A program made the translations under genes and the position numbers. From the NCBI RefSeq assembly GCF_009914755.1, contig NC_060928.1: DNA of 64,000 bases. One strand, 5' to 3'. The notes below the pieces were generated by a model. The model was given only the letters and a program-made list of their open reading frames with translations. It had not been told where the DNA came from and ran no database searches. Source of the DNA: the human T2T-CHM13v2.0 reference genome, Homo sapiens. Positions 1 to 16,608 of this stretch are shown piece by piece. How positions within the stretch are numbered: the first letter of the stretch is position 1; every line of letters starts with the position of its first letter.

Positions 1-429
1 CCACAGGTCAGGGAAAACTCTACCCAAGCTTATGAGACAAAACAAAGGCTGTGTGAAACCAGTGGCTGGTGTGTCTTTACAAGCCTGTAGGAAAGGACAG
101 GGCTACTGACTCCACCAAAGCCACGCAGCTTGGTGAAGCATGTGCTCATTTAAAACACGACTCATCAGGTGCTTCCTCCACTCTCTTTAACTGAATTATC
201 TTGGGGCTTCATACTGGGTTTTATATAGAAGCAGTAATTCCACGGGAGTAGGAAGAACTCTGTTTTTTAAGATTTGAAATCCAGGTTTTCTGTGTAAGGT
301 TGAGCCAGCCTTTCAACCTCACATGTGGAGAAAGTGAGTGTCGTTTCCTGGTGGATATCATTCCATTGCCTGCCCGGCATCCCTTCCTTTCCTTCTGAGG
401 ATCAAGCATCTCACTTTTAGTCCCTGTGG

Positions 430-830
430 TCTGGGCTCCAGTCCTGGCCAACGGGAGTTCCACATGTCCCCTGGCCACAGGAGTGGCGACGGACACGTGA
501 CCCAGGCCCGACCCATGAGGGCCTCACCGTGCAGGTGCGCTGCAGCTCTCAGAAAATGGTGCTTCTGACTGTCCCTAACAGAGGTGTGTGCAGAGGCGGG
601 GGTTGCCGGCCTGGAGTACTGGAGATCACACTTGTTGCCACACAGGGAGAGCATAATCGAGAGTAAAGCAGTGAAGAGAAAACCAAGGAAAGAAATACAC
701 AGACAGAGAGACTATGTAGCTATTATTTAGCCTCTGAATTCACTTCTGCCTGAAATTAGAAACTCCCAGATTCTTGGGTAATTACATAAATTTCTATTTA
801 TTTGAGCTGGACTTTCTTTCATTTGTAATT
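430..830. mobile_element. Ancient degenerate MaLR/ERVL LTR fragment (MLT1-like)
   Basis: Degenerate blocks (ggccacagg...cacgtgacccaggcc; tttgagctggactttct...catttgtaa) resemble old MLT1-type LTRs; boundaries are approximate. Confidence 0.3.
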
Positions 831-1309
831 TAATTATCTTAGGGCTATTGCTAAAATTGATCTCCACCGAACAACATAATTATGAATGTAAAAGGTCTTT
901 ATAAACTCTCCAGTGCTATGTGTGAGTGAGGGATTATTTCTCCGAGAGGCAACACTCCTCCTGCATAAAATCGTAAGCCCTACCCCAGAGGCCTGTGCCC
1001 TGCTGGTACCACAGAGTGACACAGTGGAGCCCAGCACATAAACAAGTATTTTGTTTCCTTGTTTTTTTTAAAAAAAATTATTGTGATGCAAACCGTGTTA
1101 CAAACACTGACTGACAGATTTCCATAGCTGCAAGGTTGTAACTACAGCTTCCAGGAGTGTCTTCCCACAGGTTTTTTGCGTGACTGACTCTTGCCAGTCT
1201 CAGCTTTCGTGTTGCTTCCTCTGAAAGTTCTCCATAGGGTCCACTGCTGAAGAATCTCTCCCTCATGCCTGCGCTGTCATCTTCCTTAGCACGTATTACT
1301 GCCTGAATT

Positions 1310-1466
1310 TCTGTTTATCTACTGATTTGTTTATCATCTCCACCATACAAAAGCTCCACAAAAGGAGTAGTCTGGTCTCCCATCTTCACCCTGGGGTCCG
1401 TAGTGACCAGAATCATGCCTGGCACATAGTAGATGCTTAATAACTATTTGTGAACTAAATGACTGA
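1310..1466 (+). mobile_element. L2 LINE 3' end fragment
   Basis: gcctggcacatagtagatgcttaataactatttgtgaactaaatga matches the L2 3' terminus. Confidence 0.65.
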
Positions 1467-1883
1467 CTTGTAGAAATGTGATTTTCTCTGTGCACAGGTA
1501 TTGCAGGGCTGAATCTGACTCTAATGATCAAGACTTGCTCCAACAGATGCCTTTGGATATGAAAAATTGCATTATTATTGCTGAGACAAATATTCAGAAC
1601 TAAAACTTTAGCACCTTTCTGATTTGTGAAAATACTCCTCTTTGGGCTCTAGTAACAGCCTTAGAAATTCAGTATCCTGAAATGTGTATCGACACCTAAA
1701 TAGCCTCCATGATAACACTTGAGGTAGTAAACTGACAGTATAGAATTTTAATTCTATAATACAATATAACAAAATATGAAATGCAACACTGCATATATTT
1801 ATGTGTATTACTGGTCATTTTAGAATACTATTATGTTGATGACACAGACACCTCCATACATAAAACCCTAAGGGACCAAGAAT

Positions 1884-3916
1884 CTAAGCATCCCTGGGGT
1901 GGAGCTAAGCATCCTGGGGGTGGAGCTAAGCAGCCTGGGGGTGGAGCTAAGCAGCCTGGAGGTGGAGCTAAGCATCCTGGAGGTGGAGCTAAGCATCCTG
2001 GAGGTGGAGCTAAGCATCCTGGGGGTGAAGCTAAGCATCCTGGGGGTGGAGCTAAGCAGCCTGGAGGTGGAGCTAAGCAGCCTGGAGGTGGAGCTAAGCA
2101 GCCTGGAGGTGGAGCTAAGCATCCTGGGGGTGGAGCTAAGCATCCTGGAGGTGGAGCTAAGCAGCCTGGGGGTGAAGCTAGGCATCCTGGGGGTGGAGCT
2201 AAGCATCCTGGGGGTGGAGCTAAGCATCCTGGGGGTGAAGCTAAGCATCCTGGAGGTGGAGCTAAGCAGCCTGGAGGTGGAGCTAAGCAGCCTGGAGGTG
2301 GAGCTAAGCAGCCTGGGGGTGAAGCTAAGCATCCTGGGGGTGAAGCTAAGCATCCTGGGGGTGGAGCTAAGCAGCCTGGAGGTGGAGCTAAGCAGCCTGG
2401 GGGTGGAGCTAAGCAGCCTGGGGGTGGAGCTAAGCAGCCTGGAGGTGGAGCTAAGCATCCTGGGGGTGAAGCTAAGCATCCTGGGGGTGAAGCTAAGCAT
2501 CCTGGAGGTGGAGCTAAGCAGTCTGGAGGTGGAGCTAAGCATCCTGGGGGTGGAGCTAAGCATCCTGGAGGTGGAGCTAAGCAGCCTGGAGGTGGAGCTA
2601 AGCAGCCTGGGGGTGAAGCTGAGCATCCTGGAGGTGAAGCTAAGCATCCTGGAGGTGGAGCTAAGCAGCCTGGAGGTGGAGCTAAGCAGCCTGGGGGTGG
2701 AGCTAAGCATCCTGGAGGTGGAGCTAAGCATCCTGGACGTGGAGCTAAGCAGCCTGGGGGTGGAGCTAAGCAGCCTGGGGGTGGACCTAAGCAGCCTGGA
2801 GGTGGAGCTAAGCATCCTGGGGGTGGAGCTAAGCATCCTGGAGGTGAAGCTAAGCAGCCTGGGGGTGGAGCTAAGCATCCTGGAGGTGGAGCTAAGCATC
2901 CTGGGGGTGAAGCTAAGCAACCTGGAGATGGAGCTAAGTATCCTGGGGGTGGAGCTAAGCAGCCTGGAGGTGGAGCTAAGCATCCTGGGGGTGGAGCTAA
3001 GCATCCTGGGGGTGAAGCTAAGCATCCTGGAGGTGGAGCTAAGCAGCCTGGAGGTGGAGCTAAGCATCCTTGAGGTGGAGCTAAGCATCCTGGGGGTGAA
3101 GCTAAGCAGCCTGGGGGTGGAGCTAAGCAGCCTGGAGGTGGAGGTAAGCAGCCTGGGGGTGGAGCTAAGCAGCCTGGGGGTGGAGCTAAGCAGCCTGGAG
3201 GTGGAGCTAAGCAGCCTGGAGGTGGAGCTAAGCATCCTGGGGGTGAAGCTAAGCATCCTGGGGGTGGAGCTAAGCATCCTGGGGGTGGAGCTAAGCATCC
3301 TGGGGGTGAAGGTAAGCATCCTGGAGGTGGAGCTAAGCAGCCTGGGGGTGGAGCTAAGCATCCTGGAGGTGGAGCTAAGCATCCTGGGGGTGGAGCTAAG
3401 CATCCTGGGGGTGGAGCTAAGCAGCCTGGAGGTGGAGGTAAGCAGCCTGGGGGTGGAGGTAAGCAGCCTGGGGGTGGAGGTAAGCAGCCTGGGGGTGGAG
3501 CTAAGCATCCTGGAGGTGGAGCTAAGCATCCTGGGGGTGGAGCTAAGCATCCTGGAGGTGGAGCTAAGCATCCTGGGGGTGGAGCTAAGCAGCCTGGAGG
3601 TGGAGCTAAGCATCCTGGAGGTGGAGCTAAGCATCCTGGGGGTGAAGCTAAGCATCCTGGAGGTGGAGCTAAGCATCCTGGGGGTGGAGCTAAGCATCCT
3701 GGAGGTGGAGCTAAGCATCCTGGGGGTGAAGCTAAGCATCCTGGAGGTGGAGCTAAGCAGCCTGGGGGTGGAGCTAAGCATCCTGGAGGTGGAGCTAAGC
3801 ATCCTGGGGGTGGAGCTAAGCATCCTGGAGGTGAAGCTAAGCAGCCTGGGGGTGGAGCTTAGCAGCCTGGGGGTGGAGCTATGCAGCCTGGGGTTGGAGC
3901 TAAGCAGCCGGGAGGT
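1884..3916. repeat. Minisatellite/VNTR, 21-bp unit GCTAAGCA(T/G)CCTGG(G/A)GGTG(G/A)A, about 97 copies
   Basis: Tandem array read directly; about 2030 bp divided by 21. Confidence 0.98.
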
Positions 3917-4959
3917 CCCATCTTTGGTTCAAATACGATGACTGTGGGTTCTCTGCTTGTTCCCTCCATGCTGTGGGGTTGCCATCGCCTCCCTGGGATG
4001 GTTTTTAAGTTGCACAGGTCATCTTACTCCATATTGCAATGTCGCTGTTTGCACGGATCCCCTCCCATTGCTGTACACTCTAGTCCTTCCACACTCATTA
4101 TACTTGGAGGCTAAAGGATACTTCAGCTCCTGTCAGAGCTAAAGAGAAAGCAGGTGCAGAGGGAAAATGGATACCCCAAAGAGTTCTCTTGGAATTTTAA
4201 GGTGGGTATTTTCCTGGAGACATGAGGACCTGTGTTTATGCCCTGTGTACCTCACTGAATGTATGAAACAAGATTTAAGCTTTTTTGAACCCATTTTCTC
4301 ATTGGCAAAATGGAACAATTATTTCTGTTAAAATTTGGAAGAGACAGGCCAGCTAGTAAAAGACATGCTTGATATAACTCAAATGTGGAATGGATTCATG
4401 TATACCCTAACCCATGTAATTTGAGGAAGCTCATTTTCTTGGCAAATATAACATGGTTCATGATTTGGTCCTCAGTTTTGCAAGTCCAGAAATCAGACAA
4501 TGGCAGCAGACAAATATGATTTTTAAAAATCAGAGTAAAAAAATTGGACTTCTCAAAACTAAATTCACAGGATAGATAAGCTAAGCTGATGATTGATTTA
4601 TTTTCAAAATTTTAGCTTGTTCTCACATAGACATCTACTTCACTGTCTCATGTTTCCTGAGAAGCTTGAACTTCAACCAAAAAGGCTTTTTGGTGTGTGT
4701 GGAATGAGAGCGAAGAGAAGTGGGTATTCCTGGGTGACGGTTTACCAGATCCCCCAGCCAGATTCTCACTCTGAGCAGAATGCCCCATCCTCCAGCCCCT
4801 CACTGCCCACAGCGGAGCACACATCATGGGGTGTGGCCTTCTCAGAGCTGTGTGCTCTGGTTGTCGGCATTCTCCTTACAAGCTGCCACAGACACTCTCG
4901 GCTGGCTGAGACAATGCCCAATGCCAATCTCATTCTTCCTTGTCTCCTCCCAGTAGAAA

Positions 4960-5701
<742 letters not shown>

Positions 5702-7110
5702 TTAATCTGTAGTTAGGAAGCTGATACTTTGGGCCTAGGAGACATTGTGTCTTTTTATAACTCAGCGATTTGGTTTTACTCTCTCACAGCAATTGCACTT
5801 CCTGTTATGTCCGAGTTCGTAGATAAGTCTGCACCGTAATTACCATGTACTGTCTGCAACACCTACCTTAAAGGCTTATTGTGAAGAAGAAATCACAATT
5901 TCTGAAAGTGCCTTAAAAACTATAAAGAGCTTTAGAAGAGCAAGACAGTCTTATTATTACTACCATCTGTAACATCTTCTAATGCAAGAGGAATAAAAGA
6001 TAAAGGCATCTTCTTAATTTAGGGCATTTGTGGTGCTGTAAATTAAAGCAATGTTTTGTAGCATTCAGAACATTTGTTGCTATTTATCTTCCAATATTTT
6101 TTGAAAGAAGTTGCATATACCAATCAATAGCCACGTTTCTTTTACCTTGTTTATATTTTGTCTTGTTTTTAACAAATTGTATTGTATATATTTGAGGTTT
6201 GAGACATGATATTATATGATACATATAGATAGTAAAATGGTTACTATGGTGAAGCAAATGAACGTATCTACCATCTCACAGTTACTTTTTTGTGTGTAAC
6301 AAAAGCAGCTAAAATCTACAAATATCATGCAATTGTATTAACTGTAATCCTTACGTTGTCCACTAAAACTCTACCCTCATTCATCCGACACATCTGTTCA
6401 TCCTCTGTGTTTCCACTTTCTGTCCTTAGACCTACATCTCCCCATTTCCTTTCTCTTCAACTTCTCACGCTGGTAACCACGGTTTTATTCTCTCTCCCTG
6501 CATATTTGAGCTTTCCGATTTATCGTTTCATAGATTCCACATATAACTGAGACCACACAGTATTTTCCTTCTGTGTCTGGCTTATTTCACTTAGCAGGAT
6601 GTCCTCCAGTTCCATCCATGTTGTGGGAAATGGCACGATCTCCTTTTTTTCAGGCCAAATGTTATTCCATTTTACATACGTGCCACATTTTCTTTACCCA
6701 TTGGTCCATTAACACACACTTAGGTTGTTTCCGTATCTTGACAGTTGCAAATGATGCTGCAATGAAGATGGAAGTGCAGGTGTCTTTACAGGAGGGTGAG
6801 TTCATCTCCTTTGCCTAGAGACTCAGAAGAGGGATTGCTGGGTCATATGGTAACCTCCATACTGTTTTCCATAACAGCTGCACCAATCTACTTTCCCGCC
6901 AAAAGTGTGCCAGGCTTCCCTTTTCTCTGCACTCTTGCCAGCACACGTTAGCTCTTGCTTTTTGATAACAACCATGCTTACGGGTATGAGGTAGTATCTC
7001 ATTGTGGTTTTAATATGCATTTTACTGATAATTAATGATATTGAGCATGTTTACATATGCCTGTTGACTAATTTTATGTCTTTGGAGAACTGTCTCATTT
7101 TTTGCCCAAT

Positions 7111-8250
<1,140 letters not shown>

Positions 8251-8638
8251 TATAATGTTATTTGTTTTTCTGCTATTGGGTTGTAAGAGTTATTTTTTAA
8301 ATTTAGGATATTAACACATTATCAAATATGCAGTTTGCAAATATCTTCTACACTTCTGTCATTTGCCTCTTGGTTTGTTGATTGCTTCCTTTGCTGTGCA
8401 GAAAATTTTTAGTTTGATGTAACCCCATTTGCTTATTTTTGATTTGCAGCCTGGGCTTTAAGTGTGATGTCCAAAAAATTATTGCCACTTTCCCCTATGT
8501 TTTCTTCTAGGAGTTTTATAATTTCTGGTCTTCCATTTAGGTCTTTTTTTCATTTTGAGTTGATTTTTGTGAATGGAGTAAGATAAGCATCCAGTTTTAT
8601 TCATTTGCATGTGGAAATACAGTTTTTCCAACACCATA

Positions 8639-8934
8639 TTTTTTTTTTGAGACAGAGTTTCGCTGTGTTACCCAGGCTGGCTTGCGGTGGCACAATCTTA
8701 GCTCACCATAACTTCTGACTCCTGGGTTCAAGCAGTTCTCCTGCCTCAGCCCCCCAAGTAGCTGGGACTACCGGTGCCCACCACCATGCCCGGCTAATTT
8801 TTGTGTTTTTTTAGTAGAGACGGGGTTTCATTATGTTGGCCAGGCTGGTCTGGAACTCCTGACCTCGTGATCCGCCCACCTTGGCCTCCCAAAGTGCTGG
8901 GATTACAGGCTTCAGCCACCCACCGTGCCCGGCC
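8639..8934 (-). mobile_element. AluS (Sg/Sc-like) with 15-bp TSD
   Basis: Reverse-strand Alu; TSD TTCCA(A/G)CACCATATT at 8626-8640 and 8935-8949. Confidence 0.93.
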
Positions 8935-9527
8935 TTCCAGCACCATATTTTGAAATGACTCTTCTTCTCTAATTGTGTCCTCTTGGCGCTCTTGTCAAAA
9001 ATTAGTTGAATATGTATGTTTGGATTTATTTCTGGGCTCTGTATTCTGTCTCATTGGCCTATGTGTCTGTGTTTATGCTAATAGCATATTGCTTTGGTTA
9101 ATATTACTTTGTAATATGATTTTAAATAGGGTTGTGTGATAACTGCCTTTCTTTCTCGGTATTGCTTTGGCTGTTCAGGGATTTTTGTGGTTCTGTACAA
9201 ATTTTAAGGGTTTTTTTGCTATTTCTGTGAAGAATACCATTGAGATTTTGATAAGGATTGCATTAATCCACATTGCTTTGGGCAGTATAAACATTTTAAC
9301 AATATCAATTATTCTGAGAAACAAACATTAGATAGCTTTCCATTTATTTGTGTCTTCCTCAATCTATGTTATTAATATTTTGTATTTTTTAGCCTACAGA
9401 TCTTTACCTCCTTGGTTAAATTTATTCCAACTATTTTGTTTTTAATGTTATCGTAAATGGGATTGTTTTCTTGATTTCTTTTTCAGCTAAGTTGTTATTT
9501 GTGTATAGAAGTGCTGTGGATATTTAG

Positions 9528-12486
<2,959 letters not shown>

Positions 12487-12959
12487 ATACTACTGATATT
12501 TATGTGTTAATTTTGTATTCTACAACTTTACTGAATTCATGTATTTCTTCTAATAGTTTTTTCTGGAATCTTTGGGGTTTTCTACTCATAGAATCATGCC
12601 ATCTGCAGTCAGAGATGAATTAACATCTTCCTTTTTAGTTTAGATGTCTTTTATTTCTTTTTCCCTTTTAAATTGCCTTTGCTAGTGCTTCCAGTACTAT
12701 GTAGAAGGCATGTGGTGAGAGTGGGCAGCCCTCTCTTATACCAGATCTTCGTGCAAAAGAGTTCAGTTCTTCCCTGTTGATTATGATACTAGCTGTAGGT
12801 TTCCCATAAATGGCCTTTATTATGTTGAGAAACTTTCCTTCTGTATGTAAACAATTAGGGGTTTTTATTGAGAAAGAGTGCAAAATGTTATCAACCTTGT
12901 TTATACTTTAAAATTTTTCAACATGAGTAATTATTTAAGTAAGGGAAAGAAGGCCTGTC

Positions 12960-13070
12960 AGGGTGACCAGCGGTCCATGTTTGCCTGGTCCTGTCCTGGT
13001 GTTTTCACTGAATTTCTTGTATCCTGGGGAAATTCCTAAATCCCAGGCAACACGAGTGGCTGAACCATCA
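12960..13070 (+). mobile_element. MER81-like hAT-Blackjack MITE
   Basis: agggtgaccagcggtcc...tttgcctgg...cactgaa...cccaggcaa resembles the roughly 114-bp MER81 consensus as recalled. Confidence 0.65.
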
Positions 13071-14537
13071 CTCCACCAATTGTATTGTCCTTACATCTTT
13101 TAGGTTACATTGCCTTTAGCTGTCTCTAATGTTAAAGGTCTAGTATTTCATCTGCTCATCCACATAACAAACATCAGCTGAGTCAACCCACCAATGTGTC
13201 CAGCTCCATGAGTACAGATAAGAAGAAGGCTCATCCGAGAGCTCACAGTCCTCATGGGCAGAGCTGACCTTGGCACATAATTACATCATTATCACACCAT
13301 GTCAGACTGACGGAAGCCAATGTGGTCAGCATCTGTGGGGTCCTTTATAAACATCTGCTGTTTTCAGCAACTAGAAGCTGGTTGGAACTTTTAAAATTAG
13401 GTAAAAAGTTATAATAAAGGCAAGTTGCGGACTAAGGCAAGTTGCAGACTAAGTCTACCACAAACTCAAACACTTAGAAGCATAAATGCCTCAACACAGT
13501 CACACAACCTGTGTATTTTTTAACTTGATGTCCTGTGCTCTACTATAAACACCCTGACAAGCATTTCACACCAAAGATTATTGTAGGAAAAGCACAATTA
13601 CATTCTAATGGTGGGATCCACTAACCTCTGAGTTAGATTAGACAGAGCAATCCTGCCTAAGAGTAGGGCAAAGAGACCCAATGGCTACAAAGAACTTGGA
13701 TGCAACATTACAGGTGTGATCCTGCTAGGTTTCCAGATTCCACTCACACAGGAATGCCAGAGTCCATGGAATTTTTCCAGACAATTATATATAGAGAGCA
13801 TTATTTATTTTATCAAGAAAAAAGGAGAACTATTTCTAGCATTCTTTATGCTGATTAACAAACCAGCTGCTGTGTATTTAGATGAGAACCGACCTACTTG
13901 CCATAGATAGATCTAGAGTGTGAAGTCTTTGTTAACATACTTCAATTGCAAACAAGTAATTTCTGGAATATGAATTAAACTTAATTTACACATGTGGAAG
14001 GCTAAGGCATTTTTAAATAAATTATCTTGCAACAAATATAAGAAATAATTAGTGGTTGTTCTTTGAAAATGTAGAAAAAATCTCTCTGACAAAACAAAAT
14101 ACTTAGGCACTTCAAGGACTTGACAAGGTGACCTGTGAACCAGGTCTGAGGGATGAATATGAATTTGCAAAATTAAGGGAGGAAAAGTGATATTTGGTGG
14201 AAGACAGAATCCTGCACAAAGGTGTCTCCATAAAAGTTCTTACTACTTCAGGAAACTTCAAGAAGTGACTGAAAGCTCAGGGTCTTAGGAACAAGGGTTG
14301 AGAAATGAGCCTGAAACGGATATTTGAGAAGTCAAGATGGTGGCAGGATCCGGAAGCCACACTAAGTTGTTTGGACTTTCTGCTTAAGTATTGAGATGAT
14401 AGGGGCACTTTTTTTTAGATAGTACAGTCACTTATTGCTTAGGTAGCAATGAGAAGAACGGATTGAAGAGAGAAAGGTATCAGGGAAACAAACCAGAAGC
14501 AAGACATGATGTAGACTTGGAGTCAGGCTTCAGAATG

Positions 14538-15330
14538 TATTCATTCATTCAACAACCAATATCATATGAACTGAGCACCTACCAGGCACTCTACAGTAAA
14601 GCAGACCCTGGAGATACAGCGCTGAGAATGCAGCCACGCTCTCAAACTAGGCGTGGTGCTTGCGCCTGTGGCAGGAGGATTGCCTGAGCCCAGGGGCTCC
14701 AGGCTGCACTGAGCTATGTTTTTGCCACTGCACTCCAGTCTGGGTAGCAGGGTGAGACCCCGTCTATGCATAAATAAATAATAATAAAAAATCTCAGTCC
14801 TCATGGACAGGGTGAGCACATCCCAGTTTGGCAGAGTCAGTTGTTTAATGTGACTTTCAAAGGTTCCAAGAATATCTCATAAATAATGTGCTCATCCTGC
14901 TCTTGCCTCACCCATTTCAGAAAAGGAGACAGACACTCAACAAACAAATGAAGCCTGTTAGTAAAGGGTGCATAATGGGGACACAGGATCTGAAAAGAAA
15001 ATGAGGTAGGAATGGAGACCGGAGTGTGTGCATGTGTGTGAGTGTGTTTGTCTCTGTGTGAATTTTAACACAGTGAGCAGTGGAGGGAGAAAGCCATGGG
15101 GCCACCTCAGGGAAGAATTCCTGACCTAGGAGATGCAAGCACAGAGCCTCTGAGAGGAAGCCTGTGAGGAGCAGTGAGGGGGCCTGGGCAGCTGGAGCAG
15201 AGTGAGCGAACGGGATGGGACCAGAGATCCAGCAAGGGACCAGACCATGTCAGCCCTCAGGGGCCACTGAAGAAACTCAGGCTGCCTGGAAAAAAGAGGG
15301 GCTACCACTGGGTAATTTTGAGTAAGAGCA
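14538..15330 (-). mobile_element. L2 fragments (interrupted by an Alu monomer)
   Basis: attcattcattcaacaa...tgagcacctaccaggcactct is the reverse L2 3' end, followed by degenerate L2-like blocks. Confidence 0.55.
14648..14791 (+). mobile_element. Old Alu monomer (FRAM/FAM/AluJ right arm)
   Basis: ggcaggaggattgcctgagcccagg...gctgcactgagctatg...ccactgcactccag...gagacccc followed by an A-rich tail. Confidence 0.8.
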
Positions 15331-15619
15331 ACATTGTCTTAACTAACTTTACAAAATATCTCAGTTTTATGTTGACAAAAGTCATAACTACTTTAAAATA
15401 AGCAATGACTTTCTCCAAGCTATTTTATTTAGATTCAAGCTGCTGTGAGCCAGTGGGTAGTAGTTAAGATTAATATGCAAATAACACATTTTAAACTGCA
15501 GGAGTGAATTACATTTCTAGGGCTGCTAAAACAATTGCAACTTTTTAGACTCCCATGAATGTGACATTTTCACTTGCATTATATTATTTTAATTTTACAA
15601 TCTGCTTGCCAAAGAGAGG

Positions 15620-15670
15620 TCATTCCTTCCATTTTACAATGAGGAAACTGAGTCCTAGAAAGGTTAAGAA
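15620..15670. mobile_element. MIR core, left half (right half at 23456-23540)
   Basis: ccattttacaatgaggaaactgagtcctagaaaggttaag is the MIR core. Confidence 0.75.
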
Positions 15671-16155
15671 CAGTTGGCCCATATGCAGAAAACTGAAACT
15701 AGACCCCTTCCTTACACTTTATACAAAAATTAACTCAAGATGGACTAAAGACTTAAACATAAAACTCCAATCCATAAAAACCCTAGAAGAAAACCTAGGG
15801 AATACCATTCAGGACATAAGCATGGGCAAAGACTTCATAACTAAAACACCAAAAACAATGGCAGCAAAAGCCAAATTGACAAATGGGATCTAATTAAACT
15901 AAAGAGCTTCTGCACAACAACAATAAAAAACTATCATCAGAGTGAACAGGCAACCTACAGAATGGGAGAAAATTTTTGCAATCTACCCATCTGACAAAGG
16001 TCTAATATCCAAAATCTACAAGGAACTTAAACAAATCTACAAGAAAAAAACAAACAACCCCATCAAAAAGTGGGCAAAGTATATGAACAGACACTTTTCA
16101 AAAGAAGACATTTATGTGGCCAACAAACGTATGAAAAAAACTCAACAACACTGAT

Positions 16156-16608
16156 TTTCATGCACATCCGTGTGAAGAGACGACCAAACAGGCTTCGTGT
16201 GAGCAATAAAGCTTTTAATCACCTGGGTGCAGTGGGGCTGAGTCAGAAAAGAGTCAGCGAAGGGAGATAAGGGTGGGGCCGTTTTATAGGATTTGGGTAG
16301 GTAAAGGAAAATTACAGTCAAAGGGGGTTTGTTCTCTGGTGGGCAGGAGTTGGGGTAGCAAGGTGCTCAGTGGGGGTGTTTTTGAGCCAGGGTGAGCTAG
16401 GAAAAGGACTTTCACAAGGTAATGTCATCAGTTAAGGCAAGGACCAGCCATTTACACTTCTTTTGTGGTGGAATGTCATCAGTTAAGGTGGGGCAGGGCA
16501 TATTCACTTCTTTTGTGATTCTTCAGTTACTTCAGGCCATCTGGGTGTATACGTGCAGGTCACAGGGGATGCGATGGCTTGGCTTGTCTTGGGCTCAGAG
16601 GCCTGACA
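16156..16608 (-). mobile_element. LTR7, 3' LTR of HERV-H
   Basis: TGTCAGGCCTCTGAGCCC...ATGAAA on the minus strand; polypurine tract (AAGAAAGCAGGAA) immediately upstream at about 16609-16621. Confidence 0.96.

Noticed and set aside
1868-3941. 651-aa and 680-aa ORFs with heptad-like repeats (VELSILG / MLSSTPR)
   Set aside because: They are alternative frames of a 21-bp VNTR. Several frames on both strands are open at once, which is expected for a stop-free 3n repeat and is not evidence of coding.
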